Shown here: positions 53,901 through 64,000 of the stretch, one piece after another
How positions within the stretch are numbered: position 1 is the stretch's first letter
Layout of the letters: every line of letters begins with the position of its first letter
NCBI GenBank assembly: GCA_030167865.1
Contig: JALAGF010005857.1
Span: forward strand, 62,001 to 126,000
Length of the DNA: 64,000 nt
From: Craspedostauros australis
Taxonomy: Eukaryota
Direction: 5' to 3'
The notes under the pieces: model-generated
What the model saw: only the letters and a program-made list of their open reading frames with translations
Told to the model about the DNA's origin: nothing
Databases searched by the model: none
Position numbers and translations under genes: made by a program

Positions 53901-54908
53901 CTTGACTCTTTGCTTCTCTTCTCTCTGCATCCGCCGAAGATAACGCGTTAGCAAAAGAACCTCCCTCTGCTTGCTCTTGCGTGCTTCCACCGACAAATAG
54001 GTGCGGGCTGCCGCATGATCGCTTGCCGTGCTGGAATCAAAAAACATAATCTTCCTCCGATTGAAGGGCAGCTTGCCGAGTCCGTTGGGAGCCATGGCGC
54101 CCATCGTTCCAGCATTTGCGCCCGCGGAGGGGTCTGCGCCGGTGGGTGTGAAGAGCGGTTCCCTGAGCACCTTGTACTTGCCTTCGTCATTGAGCGATCT
54201 GGAGTTGTCGTTGAGGAGGTCGTCGATGTCGGTGAGGTCATCCTCATCCCCGCTGCTGGCCTCCTCGTCGCTGTTGGCATCAAGAGCGTTGGCGCTTGTG
54301 TTGGCCAAAAAGTCCGCTTCTCCTGAGAGCAGCTGATCGAACGTCTGGGCCCCCAGCATGCGCTCGAGCGAGAAGTATCCATCAGCGGCCCCTTGGCCTC
54401 CAGCTTGCAGAGCCAACACTGTGGCGCTTTTCTGCTTGCTGCCCTTGCCAGCCTTGCCGTTCTTGCTGTGGCGCAACGCCGCATGCAGGTTCCTCCGAGC
54501 ACGGCCTGGCGGGCAGAGCCCCAGCTGCGTCCTGGCTCCCAGCTGCAGTGCGTTTTGACACGCCAACAGAGCCAGACGGGCCGAATGGCACATGGATGCT
54601 GGGGCTTGGGTGGTGGAGTCGTTGGTGAGGGCAGTCTGCGTGCCTTGGCCGGAGGTGGAGAGCGCTGAGGCCACGGTGGAGTTGGTGGATCCCCCGCTCG
54701 TTTCCTTTCCGTTCTGGCCTCCATCATTGCCCGCTCCCGTTCCGGCTTGCCGTCCATCCCGGGCCTCCGCACCGAATGCAAAGCCTGCGATTGTTCCTTT
54801 GGACCTTCGTCGCCCGCGTTGTTTGGAAGAGACGGATGTGGCAGTCGTCGTCCGAGCAGGGCCGCCGCTCGCCGCTTCCGCACTCGTTCCGGAGTTCAAT
54901 GCCATCAT
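50934..54908 (-). CDS. Large protein with three FAM13-type helical repeats and an IQ-like motif
   Basis: Repeats LRSQIIRFEEAF…HGRPP…YAQYREWK, KRELKQQLRQYDMAF…HGRMP…YETYNTLK and EKGRLHQMLRSYERDF…HNR…YRRYKEIK. IQ-like CRIVGLVRGFLARRR. Confidence 0.7.
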   Translation of the reverse strand: MMALNSGTSAEAASGGPARTTTATSVSSKQRGRRRSKGTIAGFAFGAEARDGRQAGTGAGNDGGQNGKETSGGSTNSTVASALSTSGQGTQTALTNDSTTQAPASMCHSARLALLACQNALQLGARTQLGLCPPGRARRNLHAALRHSKNGKAGKGSKQKSATVLALQAGGQGAADGYFSLERMLGAQTFDQLLSGEADFLANTSANALDANSDEEASSGDEDDLTDIDDLLNDNSRSLNDEGKYKVLREPLFTPTGADPSAGANAGTMGAMAPNGLGKLPFNRRKIMFFDSSTASDHAAARTYLSVEARKSKQREVLLLTRYLRRMQREEKQRVKNNLGGRAAAGDSDLSDQENDFQREKNLAATGMSRFEQPMTPAIASALLVESLSMNPVESLEGMAKCYEGIVHAGVAVLEIGHHDTASPLDGQDKMHRERSDIVAVLTILLITSLEQPSGEALLALAQLRRMCGTPRYQRRFVQRIAPSLVRPPRGAVWCLRHQNDMEPILAAVELILDSASQIFSKGWFERGKLMLADSKRAETLNSAATQLRNLGGDPSDGPTLGLTGHGHGHSMRRSNKFGAASSHGRDGSNGPEALAEWEVIALDKQITVSITRIISTDWSSIPQPNELNRSGSYHHRLMKSSSFARRNSSGFASQTSEGSSRGILSTPLSPTRPRTNVTPTTPPALNSYSQMTTTAAAATGSASAQADPAAAATSIPTLARPADMDQQSNPTTSAPFTTSLKQSPSTRPDQITDVQVGVSGGLGQNKIDTVPAPPSQINQFGANTPPRSPRRERTPTSMSSDPLMRPAQNSLGSVSSPTPSRSFENDAKNGLNARGQSASSTYASPASSPSPAANAPSAKGATTPTQTVPSTENERAPLSPSSPHTGTSGPDMASYRPASSASSVASASTMGSQPTNYRMLTSTAAERKRTVAACRALRSQIIRFEEAFMQLHGRPPRGATERAPLASTYAQYREWKKAIRADAACRIVGLVRGFLARRRLFRSNDPAKVRFIATRRERLGQRAMQGQDHVMAQLALPADIGDPGIEMRSMGGSTASITSFGSDSLRYDDDGSVNSSGSGIPRNSSSKRRLPDRPDGFPMSPASRPYSSQPGKPSSPAPGDEDLAQLPLHSLQARKRELKQQLRQYDMAFARRHGRMPVKAEKEPIRHLYETYNTLKSLITTRGQEGPGASSPVAMQQSPSGRMSPQSISPASGKDIGGHEASRMRLRRPKTSPSPVADAIASPPVPMSSPTPTGQDLASLRAEKGRLHQMLRSYERDFYREHNRQVSSFADIRPVASEYRRYKEIKRAIEAVRQESGGSDSDR

Positions 54909-57250
54909 CAGCGCAAGGTCCGGATGGCGGACGATGCTGCTGCGTTGCTACTAATGCTGCCGCTAACGAACCCAATGCAAGGATGTTCGGCGTGGATTCT
55001 GTTGCTGTTGCTGTTGCTCACCACTAGTATTGCTATCCCGTGACTCTGCGAACAGAGGAAGGATCACGCTGAACGTGCGTATCGTGGAGACCACGGATAT
55101 TCTTGGTTGGTTGGTTAATTGGTTGCCTGGTTAATTGGTTGGTTGATCGACTTGGGCGGATCGATCCTTCCAAGATGCTGTCTGCTGCTCTGGAAGTCTC
55201 TCGTCGTTGCCAGCAGGTGATGAATTGGTGACAACACGGTTGGGTGGAGTAGAGCAGAGTAGAGCAGAGTAGAATAGTCAACAACCTGAGTCAACAACGG
55301 GAGCCGTTCGCAAGATGGTGCTTTTGCTGCCTCCGTCGTCTATTTCCGCAGAGACTTCTTGCTTGATTGCTTCCTTTGCTTTGTTCTGTTCTGTTCGTTC
55401 TCCAGAGATGTGGAGCTGCCGTTGTTGTTAACGTCAACGTTGCTGCTGATGTTAACGTTGGGGCCGAGGTCGATGTCTTCGTTGCCTCTCTCTGATGTCG
55501 TTGGTATCAGGAGCAACGGTCGCAACGGTGGCCAACACAGCTGCATTGACGAAGATGGTCTCTCGATGCGACTCCTTCCTTTCTGCTCTCTCGCTCTTCC
55601 GCTTCCTCCTTCAGCTTCCGCTTCTCCTCCCTCGTTCCCACACTTGTCGCTTGTCGTGCTACAAGTACCTGCGCTCCACGAGCAAAGACGCACACATACA
55701 CAGACAGACAACCCACCAAAGACACAAACAAACCCAAAAGCCAGACGAAGCAGTCGCAAAGAACGACAACAACAGTAGCAACATCAGTGACAGCAGCAAC
55801 AAAGAACGACACGCTAGCTACACCAACACAGCTGTCCACGAGCAGAGCGGAGTGTCGGACGCCAGTCACGCAGATTTCAATTGCATGAAACGTCCTACGA
55901 ATGTCTCTTCAGACAAAACTATATATCCAAATGGCATGGATTGGGCGTTACACTATATTCATGTATTGATGATACATGGCGCACGGCAGCGCAAGAGTTT
56001 CAAATTCAATGCAGCAACGGACAAACCGCTGTCACTGACGAGCAACAATCAAGCGCACCACATGCACCAACGAACACCGACCAAACCACGTCGGCGGCAA
56101 TGATGAAGCGCCGTTGTCATGTTTTCTTGTGATTTACGAGCGGCCTCCTCCCTTCCTCTCTTCCTCCTCTCTATCTCGAGAAGTTGTACAGTAGTTCCCC
56201 TAAGTTCTTAATAGCACGCTGCGTCCCCACTGCGTCTTACTATGTTACACAATACTCTCATATACCACATTCGGAGGTTTGGATCAAGGTCCAAGACTGA
56301 GTGTTGGATGCTTCTGTTGTGCCTTGCACTCACTCAAGCCCTTATCATACTTGCGGATTTGGCACGTCACACACACGAATTTTCAAAAAGCCACGGCGCA
56401 ATAGCAACAAATCAATGGATGCAGATCTGGCGATTTCGCCAATCTCCAAAATGGCGGCAACTACGCGATGTGTAGTTGATGGAGCGCAAGTTGCAATGGA
56501 GTAGATCACCATGGTATAGAACGCAATATGATAGAGCACGATATGACGCTCTTGATTGCTTTGGAGATCACTGCAATCCAATATCGTGCAGTGGGTCAGG
56601 ATGCGATGTGGAATCCAACGAGGCAAACGCTGCAGAGCAATGTGCAGATTGCTCCTTGTGGAATCCTTGTGCACGGTTAATACTATTCAATATCATATAA
56701 TAGAATGCTTGCACAGCTTCCCTTTTGTTTTGATCGCGTACGAATACGATAACCTCTGGATGCCGCGCGCAGAGACATTCGACGACAAGGATTGTCTTTG
56801 TTGGACATTCGATTGATACAAAAGGACACTCTGCTCGTATTGGATCACCGGTAAATACATATTATCTAAATAAACCTTCTTCTCCATCCATACAACAAAC
56901 GGCACGACACAAGAGGCGGCAGTCGTGTTTGTGCGTTGTGGCATCAGGCAGAATCGCAAACACGCAACCCACAACCTCATCAAGAGAGCAAACAACAGGA
57001 ACCTTGGAGAGGCAGAGCAGAGCGATCAGTTGGACATACTCGCACTCGCACGTGCACTCCATCATCGTGAAGCAAGGGGGATGCAACCACGATGGAACCA
57101 TAGATGACAGCTGACAACATCCGGGATTGCAACTTCGTGTGCGCCATTACGATACTCTAAGGACTCTCGAGCATTCCACGCTGTACTGGAGAAGAAGAGA
57201 GCAGATTGGAGCAGGTCCCAGCAGATCCCAGTAGAGGAATAACACAAGAG

Positions 57251-58378
57251 ATGAACGAACGGCAGCCAATCCGAGGTCGCGTGCTGGTTCTGCGGATCCT
57301 CGTGCCTGGATTGGAGACGCGTCTGCGTGACAAGATCAAGGAACGGGAGGATCGCCATGCGTCAACCATGAAGGGAGGATCCGGTGGCATCGGAGGTGCC
57401 TCCAGCAGCAGGATGGGCAGCAGCGGTGGTGGTGGGAACAATAGCAGCAGCAACAGCAACAGCTCGAAGGAGACGTTGCTGGACTTGGATGGCGTCACCT
57501 GCGAACCAACCCAGGAGGGATCGACTCTGTGGAACTTCCATTGCGACGGCGCGACGTATCCAGCGCGCCTGGTCAACCTCCCATGTCCCATCGAGCTGCA
57601 CAAGACGCACGATCACGTCATGTACTACAAGACCAGCGACGTCGCGCAGATGCTCATCGTGTTCGAGGACAGCATGGCCCTGGATGAGTCCGACGCGATC
57701 CCGAAGGTCGACGGGTACCCTTCGTACTACCATTCCGGCCTCACCCCGCCGATGCGCCGGGTCGTGGAGCGCAAGTTCTCCCAGCGCGAGCACAGGGCCA
57801 TTCCACCGCCGCGGGCGGAGGTCAGCGACGTCGAGTCGGAGATGCTGGAGCTCATGCAGAAGATATCGAAGGAGGCGGGCAAGCGTAACAAGGTGCCATC
57901 GCTGGCGACCGCGCAAAGTGCGAACAAGGTCCTCGAGGAGGTGGTCGAGGAGGTCGTGGATTATGAACCGTGGATGGACGAGCACGGCAACCAGGCTGCT
58001 GGCATCACGATAGATGCGGAGGACGAGCTGGTGTCCAAACACCCCGAGCTGTGGATCGAAGCGGACGCCATCAAGACAATGCGAGAGGACGAGATCGCCC
58101 GCGAGGAGGCCGAGCGGAAGAAGAAGGAGGCGGCAGCGGCCAAGAAGGAATCCAAGAGAAGGAAGAAGGAGAAGAAGAACATCGAGGCCGCAGCCGCCGC
58201 GGCGGCGCCATCGACGAAGAAGAAGGTCAATGCCTCCAAACCACCACGTACTGAGCCCATGGATGACATCACGTACGCGGCCAGCATGATGGAGACGGAA
58301 GATTTGGCCAACATGGTGGATGACACCTTCCTCAGCGAATTCAACTTCGACGACGACGATGAGTTCAACTTGATGTAG
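57251..58378 (+). CDS. TAF7: TFIID subunit TAF7 (TAFII55 N-terminal domain)
   Basis: YPARLVNLPCPIELHKT…YYKTSDVAQML…HSGLTPPMRRVVERKF. Confidence 0.88.
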   Translation: MNERQPIRGRVLVLRILVPGLETRLRDKIKEREDRHASTMKGGSGGIGGASSSRMGSSGGGGNNSSSNSNSSKETLLDLDGVTCEPTQEGSTLWNFHCDGATYPARLVNLPCPIELHKTHDHVMYYKTSDVAQMLIVFEDSMALDESDAIPKVDGYPSYYHSGLTPPMRRVVERKFSQREHRAIPPPRAEVSDVESEMLELMQKISKEAGKRNKVPSLATAQSANKVLEEVVEEVVDYEPWMDEHGNQAAGITIDAEDELVSKHPELWIEADAIKTMREDEIAREEAERKKKEAAAAKKESKRRKKEKKNIEAAAAAAAPSTKKKVNASKPPRTEPMDDITYAASMMETEDLANMVDDTFLSEFNFDDDDEFNLM

Positions 58379-58944
58379 AGTGGAGTGTAATGGAGAGATG
58401 AGTCAGAATATCGGTAGAGCAAAGTAGTGTTGGTGGAATGCGCTATGAAAATGGTGGAGTAAGGTAGTCTGCTTCATTTTGACATTCATTCTAACTCGTT
58501 TGCCTTGTTGAGGGTGCAATTTTCTTGGTGCTTGTCCTTTCGGCCATGTGCGTGCTGTTTGTGTATTTGCTTGTTTGGCCATTTGCTTTGTCTGCTTGCT
58601 TCATTTCATTTAACCTCATTCCACTCGTCGTCAGCATCCCTTCACATTGATACAGCCAGAGCAACGAAGCATTCCCATCTGCTGCTGCTTCGAACATTCC
58701 GTCGTGTCGCCAAACATGATGTCGACCGACACAGCGGAACGCAACAATGCCGCGACACGACACGGCTCGTGCGAAAGGCCTTCCTTCTCGCTTGTTTCCC
58801 AATTTATCGCGTGTTTGTTCTTTGCTCCTGTTTTGGTCCGGCGGTGATCAGCGACAACGTCGTTGTTGCTATCGCACTATGGGCGCTGCAGCTGCTACTA
58901 CTACTGCTGGTTGCTTCGGTTGCCTCCTGCATTGAATGTGAGAG

Positions 58945-61900
58945 CTAGCGGTATGCTTGCTGGTAGCCCTGCTGAGGAGGGTATGCTTGCTGCTGCTGGT
59001 ACCCTCCCATCATTGGAGGGGCCTGCTGAGATTGAGAGAATCCGCCGTTTGGCATCATGGCACCCAGCCCGAACCCTGTGGCCTGCTGCAACGGTGGTGG
59101 TCCCTGTCCATGGACGACGAGTGCACCCGCGTTGACGGCACCTGGATGGAAGAGGTTTGCCGGTGGCGGTCTCATGATGTCATTCGGGTTCTTCTGAGAG
59201 GATTCGGGCTTGACGTCCTTGATCTGGCTCAGCGTCGCTCCCTCTCCCATCATGTTGCTGAGCGCCGGTGGCTTGGGCCTGCTCTTGCCAGGCTTTTGCT
59301 TCGTCTCTTCCTCCTTCTTCAGCATGGTCAATTTGATTTCGCCTTCGGCTGGTTGGTCGATGTGCTCGACGTTCACCAGGTTATGCATCGCACGCTCAAA
59401 TTCTGACAGAGGCTTGTCGTCGTGCGTCTTCTCCAATGCGTTCATGGACAACACCTGGCCACCGCCATTAGCGACTGGATGCTGTTGCTGCGGTGGCATC
59501 CCATTGGGGACAACACCAGGTGCTGCCGGGTTGTACCCTGGCTGTCCTGGAACAGGTGCTGCGAATTGGTTGGGTGGCGGGACTCCACCTGCTGGTGTGT
59601 TTGGCGCAGACCCGGAGTAGGCTCCCAAAATCTGTGATTGTGTCGAATGTGTACAGATCGAATCGCGGAATCAAGGTGTAGAGTACGGAATGGTGTGTCC
59701 GTACCAACACAGGCCATCGAAGACGTCGTAATTGGTCCGTTGCAGAGTATTCGTCATGAATTGATTTCATTTCATTCGAATTTGTTTTCGTCGTCGTCAT
59801 TATCATCATCGTTGTGATGGCTCCATCAGGCCATGGTGGAGATTGCCCAGTTGCATGGTGCATTCGCCGTTGATCGCCATAACAGTTGTGACGCATTAGA
59901 CGAGCAGGAAAATATGATAATCGTCGAGACCAGCCGATTGTGATTGTCATTTACAAGAATGTTGGAGAGTCGTGCAGATTAGTGTGTTGCATGAAGAAAC
60001 CAGAGACGAAACATCGGGAAGGAAAAGTCCAAAGTCCAAAGTGCGGAAGAGGAAGGTGAGATATCGGAGACTGATTCGTTTCATGCTGCAACTGCAGCGC
60101 TTGTGCCGATGTTTGCATTCTGCAGAAGTGCGAACAAATACAACCGATTGAATTTGGAAAATGGAGAACTTACCGCGTTGGTGATATCATCACGCGTCGG
60201 AGGGGGCGGCGGCTTGGGGGCGAATGGATCATCCTGTGGCGGAGATTGGAGTCCGAAGACATCGCCTGTTGGTGCCGATGTTTCCAAAAAGTTTGGATTG
60301 GCCTGCACTGGTGCCGGTGCACTCATTTGCACAGGAGCTGGAGCAGCGAAGGGTGCTGGGGCTGGGGCGTACGTCATCGCAGGTGGCTGTGTCGGTGGCA
60401 GAGGTTGGACGGGGGCTGGAACAGGCGCAGAGTTGTAGTAATTCGGCGGTGCCTGGGCTGGGACCAGCGCACCTGCCTGTGGAGATGCGACGGGAGCAGC
60501 CTGCTGGATTGGCGGTGGCGACTGGTACGGGGTTTGCGCCGGGTAGGTTGGGGGTGCCGAGAAGGTCGGTGGGGCGCTGAATCCGCTGTTGAACGACGTG
60601 GTGGATTGCATGTCGTACGGTGCACCTGGTCCAGGTCCAGCAGGCGGCATGGGTGCCGGAACGTGGGCAGGCGCACCCGCGTACATGGTCGCTGGTGCCG
60701 GAGCCGGTGGTTGGCTGTCAAATCCCAGCAGATCGGCCGCGCCGGCGGTTGGTGCCGGAGCTGTCACGGTGGATCTTGCATCCGATGCCTGCTTTTGGTC
60801 CAGGTGCTTTCGGCTTTCCTCCAACGAGGCCTGAATGGCGCGCTGCAATTCGGCATCCTCCTCGTCTCGGGACCTTGGGGAAGCGAGGTACTGACCACGA
60901 TCCAAATCGTACATACGTGAGCCGCCGCCTCCGCCCACGCTCGCTGGGCTGGTTGCGCCGTTGTAACCGGTAGATCCAGGGACTCTGGAATGGCCTGGAA
61001 TGGATCCGCGGATTCCCAACTCGTAGACCTTGGGCATGCCGAAGAAGGACTGACCGTCGATCATGAGGTCGTACTGGCGGAACCCTGGAGTTGGAGACAA
61101 CGGTGGTGATGCATGGGCGAAGATTTTCATGACGTGATTTCCGCGAGTCGTCCAGCTGAAGTCAAGCACGCCAGATCTGCTGGCGGAGTAGTGAATTTCC
61201 CGACCGTCCATGGACACATGGCGCTTACCGGATGTGACGGACCAGACGATGGTGACATCATGCTCTTCCCCTCGGCAGGCGGTTCCCGTCTTGCCTTCAG
61301 CCAATGCCGTCTTGTTCGGGAATCCAAAGCGCCTGTTTCAATTGTTTGTGTTGGTGTCGATGTCGATGCCGGTATGATATTGACGTGCGTGGAGTGGGTA
61401 GAATTAGGCGACGGGGATTGCATTGGGTTCAGGATGTGATCAATCGTCAGTTGTTGTTACATTTGTTGTTACAATTGTTGTTGCCGTGGTTGTTGTGAAC
61501 ATCAAGGTTGCCAACAGCGCATGCAGAGTGGAGGATCCGCACAGTTCAATTCGCGGTTTGGGAGGAATCCAATTCGGGGACACATTGGCAGAGCCGAGAG
61601 TCCATTGGGGTAGTCGCATGCTGATGTCATGTGAACATCAGTGGGAGCACCGTATAGCATGGTATGGCATGCCATTGTCGCCATCCCAACGTTCACACAA
61701 CAACGGTGTTCAGCCTCGTCCAGTTCGCATGCGCAGAGACAGAGAGGAGGAGGAGAGAGAAAGTGGTGGCGCAGGAGCGCATCAGGAGGGACTGTTCTCG
61801 TCTCGCGTCGGCGTTCGTGTTCTCTCCACCATCTCCGCACGCGCCATGCGCTACAACCATGGCCGGAGTGGTCCAACGAGCACAGCGCAACATGCAACAG

Positions 61901-62006
61901 CAAAAACTCACCATCGGATTCGGCGCTTTGTGGATGCAACTCTCTTGCCTGCAGCAACTGCTGCAAAGTCGATCTGGTAGACGGGGAATTGGACAGGGCT
62001 CGCCAT
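58945..62006 (-). CDS. UIM-containing proline-rich protein; exons 62006..61912, 61332..60174, 59631..58945
   Basis: Exon 1 MASPVQFPVYQIDFAAVAAGKRVASTKRRIRW spliced to RFGF…EEHDVTIVWSVTSGKR. UIM-like DEEDAELQRAIQASLEES, then DLLGF and DPF motifs. Both GT-AG introns are in frame. Confidence 0.75.
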
Positions 62007-63445
62007 GGTCGTTCGATTGTTCGTGCTTTAGGCCGTTCGTTTGTTGCTTGGTTGCTTCCTGTTCTCGTGCGGATGAATTGGATTATCTGCTATCGTCGCT
62101 TGTTTGATGACGCTATCTAGTATATTTCGATGCTGGCTCTCTTCTTTTCTATACTTCCTTGCCTTGTCTTGCTCCCTCCAATGATGGGTGAGATGGGCGC
62201 TTCGTTGTTGTTGGCTTGGTTGCTTTGTGTGCCTCCAAGTGCGGAGCTGGGTTTACAGAGATTGTGATAGTGATCGAGGTCGCGAGGAGGCGGCAACAGC
62301 AATGTGGTGTGATGTGACGTGAAACGACGCGGTTCGTGGAAGAGAGATTGTTCCGTTCGCATCGGCGTTGTGAGTTGTTCCTTTCGCTTCGGTTGCGTTT
62401 TGGTGTTGTTGTGTGTTGCGACGGCTACGGCGATGGCTACGGTTGCCGCGTAGAGCAGAGAGTCGACGAGAGCCACCACCACCAAGACCGAACAGTGGTT
62501 TCCTTCCAACCGACGACAAAGATCCAACTCTGCGCACTTTTCTCAGGGCACGGTCGCGCAGGCGCACTTTGTCTGTCTGGTTCGCGTCGATCCATTTCTG
62601 TCATGTTTGTTGGTGCTCTCGTCGTGGTTTGTCGTGATTTGTCGTGATTTCGTCGCGTGATGCGTGTGGTGATGGTTGCACACGCAGCGCGTGACGTAAC
62701 GCTAACACCATGCGCCAAAGAGTGAGAGCAATTTCAACTCTGCTCACGGCGCAGAGTCCGCAGTACAAACACTTAGTACAACTTCTTGCGCCAAGATTCA
62801 ACCTTGGCGCTTTCGCGCCGTGGATCCAATCGGGCTTCTTGCTTCCACGGTGTTCTTGCTAAAAAAGTAGCTGCTGACTCGTGTCTGTCCCATCACATTC
62901 CGTCGTGTATCGTCAGAAGTGTGGAGGTCACAGAAGAGAGAGGCTAACAGTATCGCTCATCAACCCAGAGTCACGCATGATCTGTCCATTTTGGACACGA
63001 TCATTGTCGTCTATTCTATGCTGATTTCGAAGTCTAAAAGAAAGGCCTGTTCCAAACCAAAACTCTACAACTCGAGCGTAGAAGTGGACAATCCACCCAA
63101 ACACCAAACTTTGCAGACGTTTCCTTCGGATTCGAACATACAGTAACAGTGACGGAGATGAAGGGAGTCGACACAAACACACACGTGAATTGCATATAAT
63201 ATAATATGTTTGGTTTCGGCGATAGGACTGCAACAAGGATGGTGTGGTAGAAGTACAATACAATCATCTTATCGGACAATGCATGAGCAGAGCAGAGGAC
63301 GAGCGCTCTGCTCGACCTTGCTCTCTAAAGAGACGATTAGGGGTAGGTGGAAGGAGCATACTAATACCATGCCCAATGCTTGCTTGCGTGTATGGTACTC
63401 GTACATATGGCGACATTGATCCGTCCACGAGTCGTGATCCCCGCT

Positions 63446-64000
63446 TCATCTGTTGTGCTTGACATCCAACATTTCCTTGGACCACTCGTAGACAACGAAC
63501 ATGGTGCTGACCATCGGCATGACTTTGAGCAATTCCGGCGTCAATCCACGGTACACGCTGTTCAGCCCTTCGACCTTCACCATGTGACGGAACTGCTGTA
63601 TCGAGTTCAGCCTTTCCGCTTCGGGGATGTGCAGGCTCTGTATTTGCATGCGGCGTCTTATCGTGTCCATGGGGAACGTCAAGCACGTGGATAAGATGCC
63701 GCTCATGGCACCGCACATGACGGTGAGCAGGAAACCAAGCTTCGGTTCGCCGGAATCGGCGTCGATTCTGCGGAGGTTGTAAAACAGGTCGTCGTCCAGC
63801 GCGTGCTCCTTCAGCGTGCCGTACACCGAGTACGAAATGGCGAAGTTCGGCACGGCCACCAGCAGCGTCGGGGCGATGCCGCTGTAAAACCCAAGCACGC
63901 CCTCCGATCGCATGATCTTCCGAAATGCATCCGTGATGCCCTTGTAGTGCTCCCTTCCCTCCAGCTCCGTCGTCAGTCTTGTTCGAACCAAGTCCAGCGG
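63446..64000 (-). CDS. Mitochondrial carrier family (SLC25) protein, 5'-partial
   Basis: Signature motifs PLDLVRTRL and FPMDTIRRRMQ, plus EGVLGFYSG and EGLNSVYRG. The frame is open to the right window edge. Confidence 0.92.
   Translation of the reverse strand, partial: PLDLVRTRLTTELEGREHYKGITDAFRKIMRSEGVLGFYSGIAPTLLVAVPNFAISYSVYGTLKEHALDDDLFYNLRRIDADSGEPKLGFLLTVMCGAMSGILSTCLTFPMDTIRRRMQIQSLHIPEAERLNSIQQFRHMVKVEGLNSVYRGLTPELLKVMPMVSTMFVVYEWSKEMLDVKHNR

Noticed and set aside
56150..57150. Small gene or TGA read-through peptide (…DCLCWTFD-TGA-YKR…) in the FAM13-like/TAF7 intergenic region
   Set aside because: No convincing start, splice sites, family motif or SECIS; treated as intergenic.

Overview
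Gene-dense eukaryotic nuclear DNA, most likely a diatom (GT-AG introns of ~200-580 nt, signal peptide + Phe bipartite plastid presequences, diatom-type kinase and ankyrin-like families). About 21 protein-coding genes are supported. In order: a >1500-codon FANCI-like ORF missing from the ORF track (runs off the left edge), bZIP factor, DOA1/PLAA, selenoprotein S-like gene, sulfotransferase, flavin-reductase-like protein, TKL-type kinase, plastid YbeY, double-AAA ATPase, proteasome alpha-3, CDC20, TIM50, ankyrin-like protein, STI1/HOP, UAA-family sugar-nucleotide transporter, transportin-SR, unknown membrane protein, nuclear-encoded plastid SecA, class IV aminotransferase, FAM13-like protein, TAF7, UIM-containing proline-rich protein, and a partial mitochondrial carrier. 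The strongest hidden signal is a two-exon SELENOS homologue whose apparent stop (TGA 11138-11140) is probably selenocysteine (…RRG-U-A-stop). It is followed by a SECIS-like GUGA/GA hairpin lacking the canonical apical AA, and it lies head-to-head with the other p97/Cdc48 cofactor DOA1. I found no tRNA, rRNA, CRISPR or recognisable transposon. All family calls come from motif recognition, not database searches.
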